Origin: Myxococcota bacterium
Lineage (GTDB): Bacteria; Myxococcota_A; Bradymonadia; UBA7976; UBA1532
DNA: 41,050 bases
Direction: 5' to 3'
NCBI GenBank assembly: GCA_036337435.1
Contig: JAYZEG010000009.1
Location: 1 to 41,050, forward strand
Shown here: piece by piece, positions 29,189-38,221 of the stretch
How the letters are laid out: each line of letters starts with the position of its first letter
Numbering within the stretch: position 1 is the stretch's first letter
Translations under genes and position numbers: made by a program
Notes under the pieces: generated by a model
Told to the model about the DNA's origin: nothing
Databases searched by the model: none
The model's input: only the letters and a program-made list of their open reading frames with translations

Positions 29189-30478
29189 ATGGGTCGGTTT
29201 GTCTATTCCATTATTTTGGTTTGTCTCACCTCGGGGTGTACCGAGGAGGGGGTCGACGGCCTACCTGGCGAACCAGGGGTCAATTGTTATGATGGTTTAG
29301 CCGACCAGAATGGCGATGGCGTATTGACCGATGCTGATTGTTTATGGGCTGCAATTTGTCCGGGACCAGCCGCACAGTTGCAAGACCAAAATGGTGATGG
29401 TGCCGTTGATGTGAGCGATTGTCGCGAAGCATTGCGTGGGCCAGTGGGAGAATCGGGGCCAGCTGGCAACGATGGAATGAACGGTCGAGATGGGCGCGAC
29501 GGTCAGAGTGGATCGCAGGGCCCGGCTGGAGCTGATGGCCGAGACGGTCGTGATGGCCAAGATGGTACGGACGGCGCTCAGGGACCTGCGGGTGCCGACG
29601 GTCGAGATGGTCGCGATGGGGCTGCTGCTCTCGGCCCGGATGGAGATGTGGATGGCGATGGGGTCACAAACGCCAACGACAATTGCGTTTTTACGCCCAA
29701 TGCTGAACAAGCCGATCCGGACCTGGATGGGATGGGTAATCCGTGTGACCCAGATGACGATGGTGATGGCCTCGCCGATGCATTCGATTGCGCGCCGACC
29801 GACCCCCTGATTCCCAATGAACAAGCCGATACATGCGATGGCATCGACAGCGATTGCGACGACCTGGTCGATGAAGACTTCGTGAGTGTTGGTTGCGATA
29901 CAGACCCAATCAATCCATGCGGTCAGGGCGAGTCGGTTTGCATTGGCGGTGTCGTTTCATGTGATGGCGAGAATAGTCCGCAGCCAGAACCAGAGGCCTG
30001 CGACCAGGTAGACAATGATTGTGATGGTCGGTTGGATGAAGGCGCACCAGATTGTGGTGTTGACTGCGCGGCCATTGGCTACGAGGCCTTAGTCAAGGCG
30101 GGTGTGACCATTTGCTACAATCGAAATGCGGCGACCTGCCGGGACGCCCATGAGGCCTGTGAATCCCTCGGTAACGGCTATCGATTGATGTGCGGAGATG
30201 ATTGGCAACCCGGTCGGTCTGGCGAAGGCTGCGGTGGGGCGGGGGCGTATACTGGATATGATCTTGTCAATGAACAGTTTCCTGGCAATGCAGCCATTGG
30301 TGGCTATTCTCAGGATCAGTTCAACTGCGTTCTCGGCGGTGCCAACAACCAGTGCAATAGTGACGTAGGAGAAAATGCTGATAGCAATATCAATGGTCAC
30401 TATGCCTTTTGCTCACCAAAGAACTTTTTTACGGCCGCCGAGGATGGTCCTGAGTTCGCGAATCGATGCGGTAATTAA
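29189..30478 (+). CDS. lipoprotein with Ca-binding loops, collagen-like segment, TSP3 and Cys/Asp metal-binding repeats
   Basis: SD AGGAGG; lipobox TSGC; two DQNGDG loops; 21 Gly-X-Y triplets (29438-29626); DxDGDG..DNC; two CDxxDxDCDxxxDE repeats. Confidence 0.87.
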   Translation: MGRFVYSIILVCLTSGCTEEGVDGLPGEPGVNCYDGLADQNGDGVLTDADCLWAAICPGPAAQLQDQNGDGAVDVSDCREALRGPVGESGPAGNDGMNGRDGRDGQSGSQGPAGADGRDGRDGQDGTDGAQGPAGADGRDGRDGAAALGPDGDVDGDGVTNANDNCVFTPNAEQADPDLDGMGNPCDPDDDGDGLADAFDCAPTDPLIPNEQADTCDGIDSDCDDLVDEDFVSVGCDTDPINPCGQGESVCIGGVVSCDGENSPQPEPEACDQVDNDCDGRLDEGAPDCGVDCAAIGYEALVKAGVTICYNRNAATCRDAHEACESLGNGYRLMCGDDWQPGRSGEGCGGAGAYTGYDLVNEQFPGNAAIGGYSQDQFNCVLGGANNQCNSDVGENADSNINGHYAFCSPKNFFTAAEDGPEFANRCGN

Positions 30479-30716
30479 GCTGAATTTGGGTCTGAAAGGC
30501 AACGCGAGCGTCTGATGAATCAAACTCACCGTGCTTGTTGGCAAATGCTCGGACCCGATTCAAGTGGCCCGAACTGATCGCTCAGACATTAAGTCGAGAC
30601 ACATCTGTCGTTGACCCACGCACCTCGCTCAATCCAATACTCGCCCTCGAGGAAGTCCGAGTGGATATCGAAGTCACCTTTTCGGACTTAAGGACATCTT
30701 GTGACAGGAGGTGGCC

Positions 30717-31232
30717 ATGCGTCGTTTAATCTTGATATTCACCATGCTGGTCTTCAATAGCTGGGCTCACGCCCAACCCTGTAATGGGTCGGCTGACCAA
30801 TGCTCAGACGAAAACAAAGGCGGGGAGCCAACGGCGGTAAAAAGTGTTTTGAAAACACCCCTTGCTGTGTGCAGCACCGAGCCGATGACTGGCTGGTTTC
30901 GGGACGGACGCTGTAGGACAGATGACAGAGACCGAGGCCGACATTTAGTCTGTGCTCAAATGACCACCGCGTTTCTCCAATTTACGAAAAAACGTGGAAA
31001 CGACTTGTCGACGCCGAATCCACGCTACCGGTTTCCCGGGTTGAAGCCCGGGGACCGTTGGTGCTTATGCGCACTTCGATGGAAGGAAGCCCTCGACGCA
31101 AATAAAGCACCGCCTGTTGTTCTAAACGCAACCCACGCAGGGACGTTGAACTATGTCTCGCACACTGAGCTGCTCGCCGCTGGGCACCAAAAAAACGCAG
31201 GCGAACAGAATCCACCCTCGGCCAAAAAATAA
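30717..31232 (+). CDS. DUF2237-family protein with N-terminal signal peptide
   Basis: SD AGGAGG; CSTEPMTGWFRDG.C, H.VCA, GNDLSTP, FPGLKPGDRWCLCA.RW.EA; AHA cleavage-like site. Confidence 0.88.
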   Translation: MRRLILIFTMLVFNSWAHAQPCNGSADQCSDENKGGEPTAVKSVLKTPLAVCSTEPMTGWFRDGRCRTDDRDRGRHLVCAQMTTAFLQFTKKRGNDLSTPNPRYRFPGLKPGDRWCLCALRWKEALDANKAPPVVLNATHAGTLNYVSHTELLAAGHQKNAGEQNPPSAKK

Positions 31233-31433
31233 TGGGCGTGGACGACATGCGAGTTGCTAGCACTTAATTGGGCACATCGCCTCGCCAGAGCGCAGTTCCA
31301 CACGTTCCGATTCAAACCCAAGCTGATGTGTGCTAACACAGCCTCTCATGGGCGACACTGGTTCCTCCCGCGGTTGAGGTAAACGAGTCGACCTGACCAA
31401 TCTCTTCATCAGGTCAGATTAAGTAGGTTTTTA

Positions 31434-33167
31434 ATGCGGCTTTTTGTATCGGTTAGTGTTCTTCTTCTCACATTGGGCGGATGCGACAACTCAATATCAA
31501 GCGGTGCTGACGCAGGTCTTGCATCTCCCGACACCGCGTCCACGGCAGGACCGGAGATCTTATCAGACTTTGGTGTGCCGGCGGACCCGAGTCGAGTGCC
31601 TGGCGCGACGTTATTCGACCCAGATAGCCTCATCGATGTCTCTGTGGAACTCAGTCCCGAGGATTGGGAGCAGATCCGTTGGGAAGGACGCGACTTGACG
31701 AGAGCGCTCACCGGTTGCGACCGAGATTTTGAGTATACCTATGTGCGCGGTCGGGTCAGCATCGGTGGTGAAACATATGACGACGTCGCGGTCCGCAAAA
31801 AAGGGTTCTTGGGCTCGCTCTCGTCTACCAGGCCTTCGCTGAAGCTAAATTTTGGCAAATATGTTGACGACCGCACACATGAGGGGATGAAGCGGATGAC
31901 CCTCAACAACAATGAGCAAGACCCATCCAATACGCATCAGTGCATGGCGTACGCGCTCTTCGCGAAAGCCGGTGTTATGGCACCCCGCTGTAATTTGGCG
32001 CGCGTGACTGTCAACGGAGAGGAACTCGGCATCTATACCCACGTGGAAAGTGTTAAAAAGCCCATGCTGAGGCGATATTTTGAAGATGACAGCGGAAACC
32101 TATACGAGGGACAGGGTGCTGATTTTATCCCTGAACATCGAGAGTTCATTGAACTCAAGACCAATGAGGAAGAGAACGATCGGTCCGACTTTGATCGACT
32201 GAGTGCAGCACTGAGGGTTGCCGATGAAGATCTCTTGCCAGCCCTAGCCGATGTGATCGACTTAGAGGCTTTCTTTCGATTCTGGGTCATGGAAGTGATC
32301 ACAGGACATTGGGACAGCTATTCCGGTGGACGCAATAATTATCTGGCGTACAACGACCCGACCAGTGGACTTTTCTATTTTATCCCATGGGGAACAGACG
32401 GATCCTTCAGTATGTTGCGCCCTTTCACACCGGAGAACACTGCGGCCACCGTCTTGGCTCAGGGACTGATAGCCAGTCGGCTTTATAATCATCCAGTGGG
32501 TCGCCGCATGTATTTCGATCGTTTGCGCATTTTATTTGACCATGTCTGGAATGAGCCTGAACTACTCGCCGAAGCTGAGCGAATTGGGGCTTTGACCGGT
32601 GCGCCAGCATGGAGCATCGAGGCGCAGCAAGAGTTCATCACTCGCCACGGCGCGGCGATTCTCAGAGAGCTCGATGCCGCGCCCGTTGAGTGGGTTGGCG
32701 GCGGTGCAAGCAGTCCCATCATGTGCTTTGCAGACCTCGCCACCGAAGCTCGAGGCACGTTTTCAACGCGTTGGCTATCGGACAACAGCCCTACGCCAGG
32801 ACAGACCGCCGAACTGGTGTTGAACGGTCAACCTTGGATGCCAGACTTACTTCTGGGGAGTGCGGGCTACGACCAAAGGGATCCAGGCCTGGCGCAAGTT
32901 CGCTATATCAGTCCACAGGCAGATGGCATGTTGATAGCCGTGGGTTTATCTATTCCGTTAGAGCGATTCGAAGTCGGCGAGCATCGGATGCATGGACTTG
33001 AAACAGCCGGAATCGTCTTTCGATTTGATCCGTCTGATCTGGCGAGTGCGACTCTCATTGCTTTCATCGGTGATGGCACCATCACATTGGACGAAGCAAG
33101 CCTCGAAGAAGGCGGGGTGATTTCTGGTTCATTCGAAGGACGTTTGCTCCAACTGCAACCCTTGTGA
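31434..33167 (+). CDS. CotH kinase-family lipoprotein
   Basis: Lipobox LGGC; VRKKG, RPSLKLNF, LNN, APRCN, GIYTHVE, GNLYEG, HWDSY...NNY, FIPWGTD. Confidence 0.87.
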   Translation: MRLFVSVSVLLLTLGGCDNSISSGADAGLASPDTASTAGPEILSDFGVPADPSRVPGATLFDPDSLIDVSVELSPEDWEQIRWEGRDLTRALTGCDRDFEYTYVRGRVSIGGETYDDVAVRKKGFLGSLSSTRPSLKLNFGKYVDDRTHEGMKRMTLNNNEQDPSNTHQCMAYALFAKAGVMAPRCNLARVTVNGEELGIYTHVESVKKPMLRRYFEDDSGNLYEGQGADFIPEHREFIELKTNEEENDRSDFDRLSAALRVADEDLLPALADVIDLEAFFRFWVMEVITGHWDSYSGGRNNYLAYNDPTSGLFYFIPWGTDGSFSMLRPFTPENTAATVLAQGLIASRLYNHPVGRRMYFDRLRILFDHVWNEPELLAEAERIGALTGAPAWSIEAQQEFITRHGAAILRELDAAPVEWVGGGASSPIMCFADLATEARGTFSTRWLSDNSPTPGQTAELVLNGQPWMPDLLLGSAGYDQRDPGLAQVRYISPQADGMLIAVGLSIPLERFEVGEHRMHGLETAGIVFRFDPSDLASATLIAFIGDGTITLDEASLEEGGVISGSFEGRLLQLQPL

Positions 33168-33322
33168 TCCCATCGCTGCGTACGCTCGTCGGTGCTGATG
33201 AACCAGTTGGAGAGTCATTACGGTGTAGCAGTCAATCGCGCGTTTCTCCAAGGGACCAGAGTTGGGCTTGTCTGTAGATATGGCGCGAATGAGCGTTCTT
33301 CCCGAGAAAAGGATGAAAAGTT

Positions 33323-34021
33323 TTGAAAAAAATCTGTGTTGTTGTTGGTGTCGGCCCAGGGAACGGGGCCGCTCTGAGTCGTCGGTTCGCCGGCGAAGGT
33401 TTTACGGTTGTGATGCTGGCGCGACGCGCTGATCAGTTGGCCAAATTGGCAGAGGAAATCCCCGGCACCTTTGGTTTGGTTTGCGACGTCTCGGATCCCT
33501 CTGAAATCGAGTCCGTTTTCGAGCAGATTCATCATGACTTTGGACCGGTTTCCGCATTGATTTACAATGCAGGGTCAGGCCAATGGTCTGATGTAATGAA
33601 CACCACCGTGGACGGGTTCCAGAAGGCCTGGGCCACCAATGCCCTCGGGCTCCTAGTCTGTGCACAGCAAGTCATTCCCTACATGGTCAGCGCAGGTCAT
33701 GGGCAAATTATGGTCATCGGTGCGACGGCTTCTCTACGAGGTGGTGCCAACTTTACAGCCTTTGCATCAGCGAAGTCGGCACAACGGAGTTTAGCTCAAT
33801 CCATGGCGCGAGATTTAGGACCAAAGGGGATTCACGTCGGCTACTTCATCATCGATGGGATCATCGACTTGGAGCGGACCCGAGACTTCTTTCAAGACAA
33901 ACCCGATGACTTTTTTATGCAAGCCGATGCCATCGCTGACAGTGTCTGGGCTGTAACCCAGCAGGACCGGTCGGCGTGGACATTCGAACTGGACTTGAGG
34001 CCCTATTCGGAACGGTGGTAG
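33323..34021 (+). CDS. short-chain dehydrogenase/reductase (atypical, FxxxK)
   Basis: VGVGPGNG, YNAG, GATASLRG, FASAK, ARDLGPKGIHV, AWTFELDLRP; TTG start. Confidence 0.9.
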   Translation: MKKICVVVGVGPGNGAALSRRFAGEGFTVVMLARRADQLAKLAEEIPGTFGLVCDVSDPSEIESVFEQIHHDFGPVSALIYNAGSGQWSDVMNTTVDGFQKAWATNALGLLVCAQQVIPYMVSAGHGQIMVIGATASLRGGANFTAFASAKSAQRSLAQSMARDLGPKGIHVGYFIIDGIIDLERTRDFFQDKPDDFFMQADAIADSVWAVTQQDRSAWTFELDLRPYSERW

Positions 34022-34199
34022 GTGTTCCCAATCAGCCGTTGCCCTAAACCTCATACCAAACGCATAGCATAGAGCGGCCATCGATGAGTCGACTGAAAGT
34101 TCCAGCGAGTTTGGCCAGGTCTAAGAACGCTCACTTTGATTGATAACTGGCAGAGTTTACCGAGCAGATTTTTACTTGGATGCAGATGTGTTGCCCAAT

Positions 34200-34255
34200 A
34201 AAAAAGGACAGAAACCCCAGCTAGACGCATTGGTCTAACTGGGGTTCGCTGTCCT
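34200..34255 (-). terminator. Rho-independent terminator of the AhpD-like gene
   Basis: Minus strand AGGACAG-CG-AACCCCAGTTAGAC-loop-GTCTAGCTGGGGTT-T-CTGTCC followed by a T6 run. Confidence 0.75.
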
Positions 34256-34298
34256 CGATTAATCGGATAATCACCCGTCGTAAAATACGGCTGTGTGA

Positions 34299-34733
34299 TT
34301 ATTTCTTGGCGTTCTTTTTAGTCATGGTTTCAACGATGGTCTTCAGCTTTTCCTGACCAAACTCGTTTCCATAGAGAAGAATTGAGAATCTGGATACCTC
34401 GGCTGCGATCTGGATTGCAGCTTTGATTTCGTCGTCGGTTGCACCAACGGATTTTGCCAAGAGAACTTGAGCTGTGATGCAGTACTCACATCGGATAGCA
34501 GCAGACGCCGAAATTGCCGCAAGACGTGCTTGCTTCTCTGCGATGGGCCCCGTCTTGAACAGGGCCTTGTTCCATTGTCCGAAGTAGGCCTCGGCTGCGG
34601 CCGCGAGGTTACTTGGGTACATCGTGTAAAAAGGGCTCTTTTTGGTGGCTGCTGGCTTGCCTTTGCCAGAGTCTTGGGCAAAAGAGGTGGCTGGGAGCAA
34701 AAATAGGCTCGCGACAAGGAAGAATGTCCTCAT
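34299..34733 (-). CDS. exported carboxymuconolactone decarboxylase/AhpD-like protein
   Basis: SD AAGGA; signal peptide (SFA-Q); CEYC and GATDDEIKAA. Confidence 0.82.
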   Translation of the reverse strand: MRTFFLVASLFLLPATSFAQDSGKGKPAATKKSPFYTMYPSNLAAAAEAYFGQWNKALFKTGPIAEKQARLAAISASAAIRCEYCITAQVLLAKSVGATDDEIKAAIQIAAEVSRFSILLYGNEFGQEKLKTIVETMTKKNAKK

Positions 34734-35136
34734 ATTGGGTGTCCTTTCAGAACGGTTAATTCGCAGCGCGTACTTAGGCTGATACAAATGATGGGTCAAT
34801 AGACTTATCTATCTTTTTCTGTCCTCCCCGAGAACGAGCGACAAACAGCATAATCGGTTCGCCCCGCGGGCATCTCAACGGCTCCAAAAATGTCTGGTCT
34901 AAGTGAATGGGATGGAATCATCTGCCCAAGCCGCGACAGCAAAAGCAACCCATAGGACATACGTCTCAAGTGGTTTTGAAATGCACTATCGGTCGGCAGT
35001 TAGTCGGTGGCTGGCTGACTTTTTCGTCTTTCCGGGTCTGCGTCCTCTGTGCGACTGTTCGTGTCGACGGCACCTGTGTCATTTTTTGTTCGACCTGTTT
35101 TTGGTGAATTTTAGAACAGTAAGAAAGGTTTTTTAT

Positions 35137-35979
35137 ATGTCATCCCGTTCAATAGTCGTTCTAGCCGTTTTGACCCTTCTGGTAGCCACCGGCGGTGCAC
35201 TCGCAAAGGCGGTCAAAAATTCAACTCGATGTAAAGCGATGGTGCTGCGTGATGCAGGCCCCGCTGATGGTGCCATTATCAGTGTATGCAAAGGCGACCT
35301 CAGCGTACATAAGGACGGTCGTACCCTATATGCAACCAGTTTAATTCCTGAAGATGATGGATATGTTACAGTTGAGTCATTGGGCAAACCAATGGTCGAC
35401 AAGAAAAATGGACTTTTTGTCCTGCCTTTCAAGTCGGCCGAGGAAATGCCTGAATATATGGGTAAGGCCAAAGGGCGTCTTGTCTTTGATGGGCGGAAAT
35501 GGCGTACGGAATGTGGCCAGGAATCCTGCGAAGTACTGCCAGCGGCGAGTAAAACAAAGACGTCCATGGGCAAAATGTCGGCCAAATCACCCACGTCAAA
35601 AAAATGTGATGGTCGTGCGATTCCGGCCGGTAAATTCGGATTGTTTCAAACAAAATTTATTGGATGTAAATCCACCGGTGAGTTTTATGTTTTCACGAAA
35701 GGTAAGCGTGTTTTTGATTTGGCCGACGTGGAACTGGAACAGAGTGGTTCACTAGAGTTTCATGGGATGAAATCAACGACTTTTAGGGGAGGCACCATGA
35801 GGCTGTCTATGACAGTCAAAGAGACAACGGAGCCCGTGGCCGCCGGCATGGGCGATCCACCGCCTGCGGAGAGCCGTAACTCTAAAGCGAGCCTGCTCAT
35901 GAAAGGCTCTTCATTTAAACTACGCTGTGCCGCGAAAAAATGTTTGCTGCTGGAGTCGTCGAAACGGCGTCGGCACTAG
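35137..35979 (+). CDS. secreted hypothetical protein with two tandem 4-Cys domains
   Basis: SD AAAGG before ATG 35137; signal peptide (ALA); Lys-rich; duplicated Cys spacing. Confidence 0.7.
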   Translation: MSSRSIVVLAVLTLLVATGGALAKAVKNSTRCKAMVLRDAGPADGAIISVCKGDLSVHKDGRTLYATSLIPEDDGYVTVESLGKPMVDKKNGLFVLPFKSAEEMPEYMGKAKGRLVFDGRKWRTECGQESCEVLPAASKTKTSMGKMSAKSPTSKKCDGRAIPAGKFGLFQTKFIGCKSTGEFYVFTKGKRVFDLADVELEQSGSLEFHGMKSTTFRGGTMRLSMTVKETTEPVAAGMGDPPPAESRNSKASLLMKGSSFKLRCAAKKCLLLESSKRRRH

Positions 35980-36208
35980 TTTTCAAACGCCCCGTGCAGC
36001 TCAGCCTTGACCTGGTGCTGAAGTGGTCCATGGTGCTCATGGGGGACGCGTGACTCGGCCACCCGTCGTCTCGGGCTTGGTACACCGATCGTTTTTCCCA
36101 TAACCTCACATCCGTCAGCGATCTCCTCGTTTTTGCCAGCATAATTGGAACAAAATGCGGCACTTGTTTTCCATCTGACTGGACCAATCAGATCAAGGGA
36201 AAGCCAAA

Positions 36209-38068
36209 ATGCCAATGGATTCACATAAAACCGCCGTCGCGATCGTTCTCAGTGTCTTGTGGGTGGGATGCGAGGGGCGAATGCAACGCGTCGACAATCC
36301 AGTTTTTACAGAAAAAATGGACCAGAGAAGTGACCAAGCCCCGGCGGCCAAGATGGGGCAGAAACCGATTGTTCAACCGAGCCCCCGAGCCACCCGTGGC
36401 CTTGGGCCAGAAATTGCCGAGGAAAGGATCATCAAAAGCTTAGGTGCGATTGGCAAGCGAAGCGTCAGGGCGGGTGGTGGCGGCAGCCACGGTCTGATTA
36501 ATCGTGGGAGGGGTCTTGGCCTAGCCCAATTGGGTGGCGGCCGATTGGTCCTAAAACCCCGAGTCGCCGGGGATGTCACTGTCGCCCGACCGAAACACTC
36601 GACGGAGGAGTATCACCGTATTGCCGAAAATGACTTCGAGGTAACCTTGGACGAGCCGCTGTCTACATTCTCAATCGATGTCGATACGGCGGCCTATGCA
36701 AATGTAAGACGCTTCATCGAGCAGCAGCATCGGCTGCCGCCAAAAGACTCAGCTCGCATCGAAGAACTCATCAATTATTTCGACTACGATTACGAGGGAC
36801 CGTCTGCAGACAAGCCCTTCGCTGTCCATACAGAGATTGCAAAAGCCCCTTGGAATCAAGACCACAAGCTGGTCCATATCGGTCTGCAAGGGAGGCGGAT
36901 CGACATGAGCGATGCACCACCCTCGAATCTGGTGTTCTTGATCGATGTCTCTGGGTCGATGAGGTCGGCAGACAAGCTGCCCCTATTGGTGACCGGCTTT
37001 AAAATGCTAGTTCAGCAACTACGTCCACAAGATCAGGTTGCAATCGTTGTTTATGCAAGTCGGGAGGGCGTGGTTCTGCCTCCGACATCGGGTGCCCATA
37101 AAAAACAGATCATATCCGCGTTAGATGGCCTCCAGTCGGGCGGATCAACAGCGGGTGGTGCGGGCATTCAATTGGCCTACAAACTGGCGCAAGACAACTT
37201 CGTTGAAGGAGGGACCAACCGGGTGATCCTGGCCACCGACGGCGATTTCAATGTAGGGATGTCGAGCACCGGTGAACTTACCAGACTCATTGAGACAAAG
37301 CGTCGATCCAATGTGTTTTTGAGCGTGCTTGGGTTTGGCCGCGGCAATTATAAAGATTCTCGAATGGAGACCTTGTCCAACAAGGGCAATGGTACTGCAT
37401 ATTACATCGACAATATCCTTGAAGCGAAGAAGGTTTTGGTCAATGAGCTGGGCGGCACGCTCGTGACCATTGCGAAAGATGTTAAGCTCCAGGTTGAGTT
37501 TAACCCTGCCGTCGTCAAAGGCTATCGTCTCATCGGGTACGAGAACCGAATTTTGGCGGCCCGAGATTTTAATGACGATAAGAGAGATGCGGGCGAGTTG
37601 GGTGCAGGTCACACGGTGACCGCCCTCTACGAAATCATTCCAGCTGACTCGAATGAGGCCATACCTGGTGTCGACCCTTTGAAGTACCAGACGAGCAAAG
37701 TCCAGACGGCAGCTGCCAACTCTGGCGAACTCTGCACCGTCAAATTGCGCTATAAAAAAACCACTGGGACAAAGAGTGTCCTGATGACTCTTGCTGTAAA
37801 AGACCAACTGAGTCCACTCTCCGAGACAACAGATGCCTATCGTTTTTCCAGCGCAGTTGCCGAATTTGGTTTGCTATTGCGTGAATCTAAATACCGTGGT
37901 CAGGCAAATTACCCTGACCTCATCAAACGAGCAATTGCAGCGAGTGGTAACGACCCCGAAGGATACCGTGCTGGATTTGTTCAATTGGCCCGAAAAGCAC
38001 AGGCTCTTGCCCAAGTCCAGGGACGTAAAATCAAAGCCAGTAAAACAAAGGTCACACTTACTCAGTGA
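36209..38068 (+). CDS. YfbK-like von Willebrand factor A domain protein (probable lipoprotein)
   Basis: PLSTFSIDVDTA, RIEELINYF, MIDAS DVSGS, ATDGDFNVG, IAKDVKLQVEFNP, YRLIGYENR, DAGELGAGH; lipobox-like WVGC. Confidence 0.92.
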   Translation: MPMDSHKTAVAIVLSVLWVGCEGRMQRVDNPVFTEKMDQRSDQAPAAKMGQKPIVQPSPRATRGLGPEIAEERIIKSLGAIGKRSVRAGGGGSHGLINRGRGLGLAQLGGGRLVLKPRVAGDVTVARPKHSTEEYHRIAENDFEVTLDEPLSTFSIDVDTAAYANVRRFIEQQHRLPPKDSARIEELINYFDYDYEGPSADKPFAVHTEIAKAPWNQDHKLVHIGLQGRRIDMSDAPPSNLVFLIDVSGSMRSADKLPLLVTGFKMLVQQLRPQDQVAIVVYASREGVVLPPTSGAHKKQIISALDGLQSGGSTAGGAGIQLAYKLAQDNFVEGGTNRVILATDGDFNVGMSSTGELTRLIETKRRSNVFLSVLGFGRGNYKDSRMETLSNKGNGTAYYIDNILEAKKVLVNELGGTLVTIAKDVKLQVEFNPAVVKGYRLIGYENRILAARDFNDDKRDAGELGAGHTVTALYEIIPADSNEAIPGVDPLKYQTSKVQTAAANSGELCTVKLRYKKTTGTKSVLMTLAVKDQLSPLSETTDAYRFSSAVAEFGLLLRESKYRGQANYPDLIKRAIAASGNDPEGYRAGFVQLARKAQALAQVQGRKIKASKTKVTLTQ

Positions 38069-38221
38069 CACCCAGGAGCGTGACTGTTTAATCAGACGCA
38101 CTTACGTCCAGCCGATGCCAGCGGGCCTCGGCAGGACTTTGTTTAAAAAAAGAATGGAAAGTGAACGTCGAAGACTTGCCATACGGTGTATGCGGTTTAT
38201 GCTCTCTACAAGGAGGTGCAT

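Noticed and set aside
34903..35136. N-terminal extension of the 358-aa ORF (and similar extensions of other track ORFs)
   Set aside because: The SD and signal peptide point to ATG 35137; the same logic was applied to starts at 15048, 17441, 18871, 34733, 38222 and 39741.
36147..36180. GGAAC...CATCT as an ECF-sigma promoter for the vWA gene
   Set aside because: Spacing and the -10 element fit poorly, and no ECF sigma gene is in the window.
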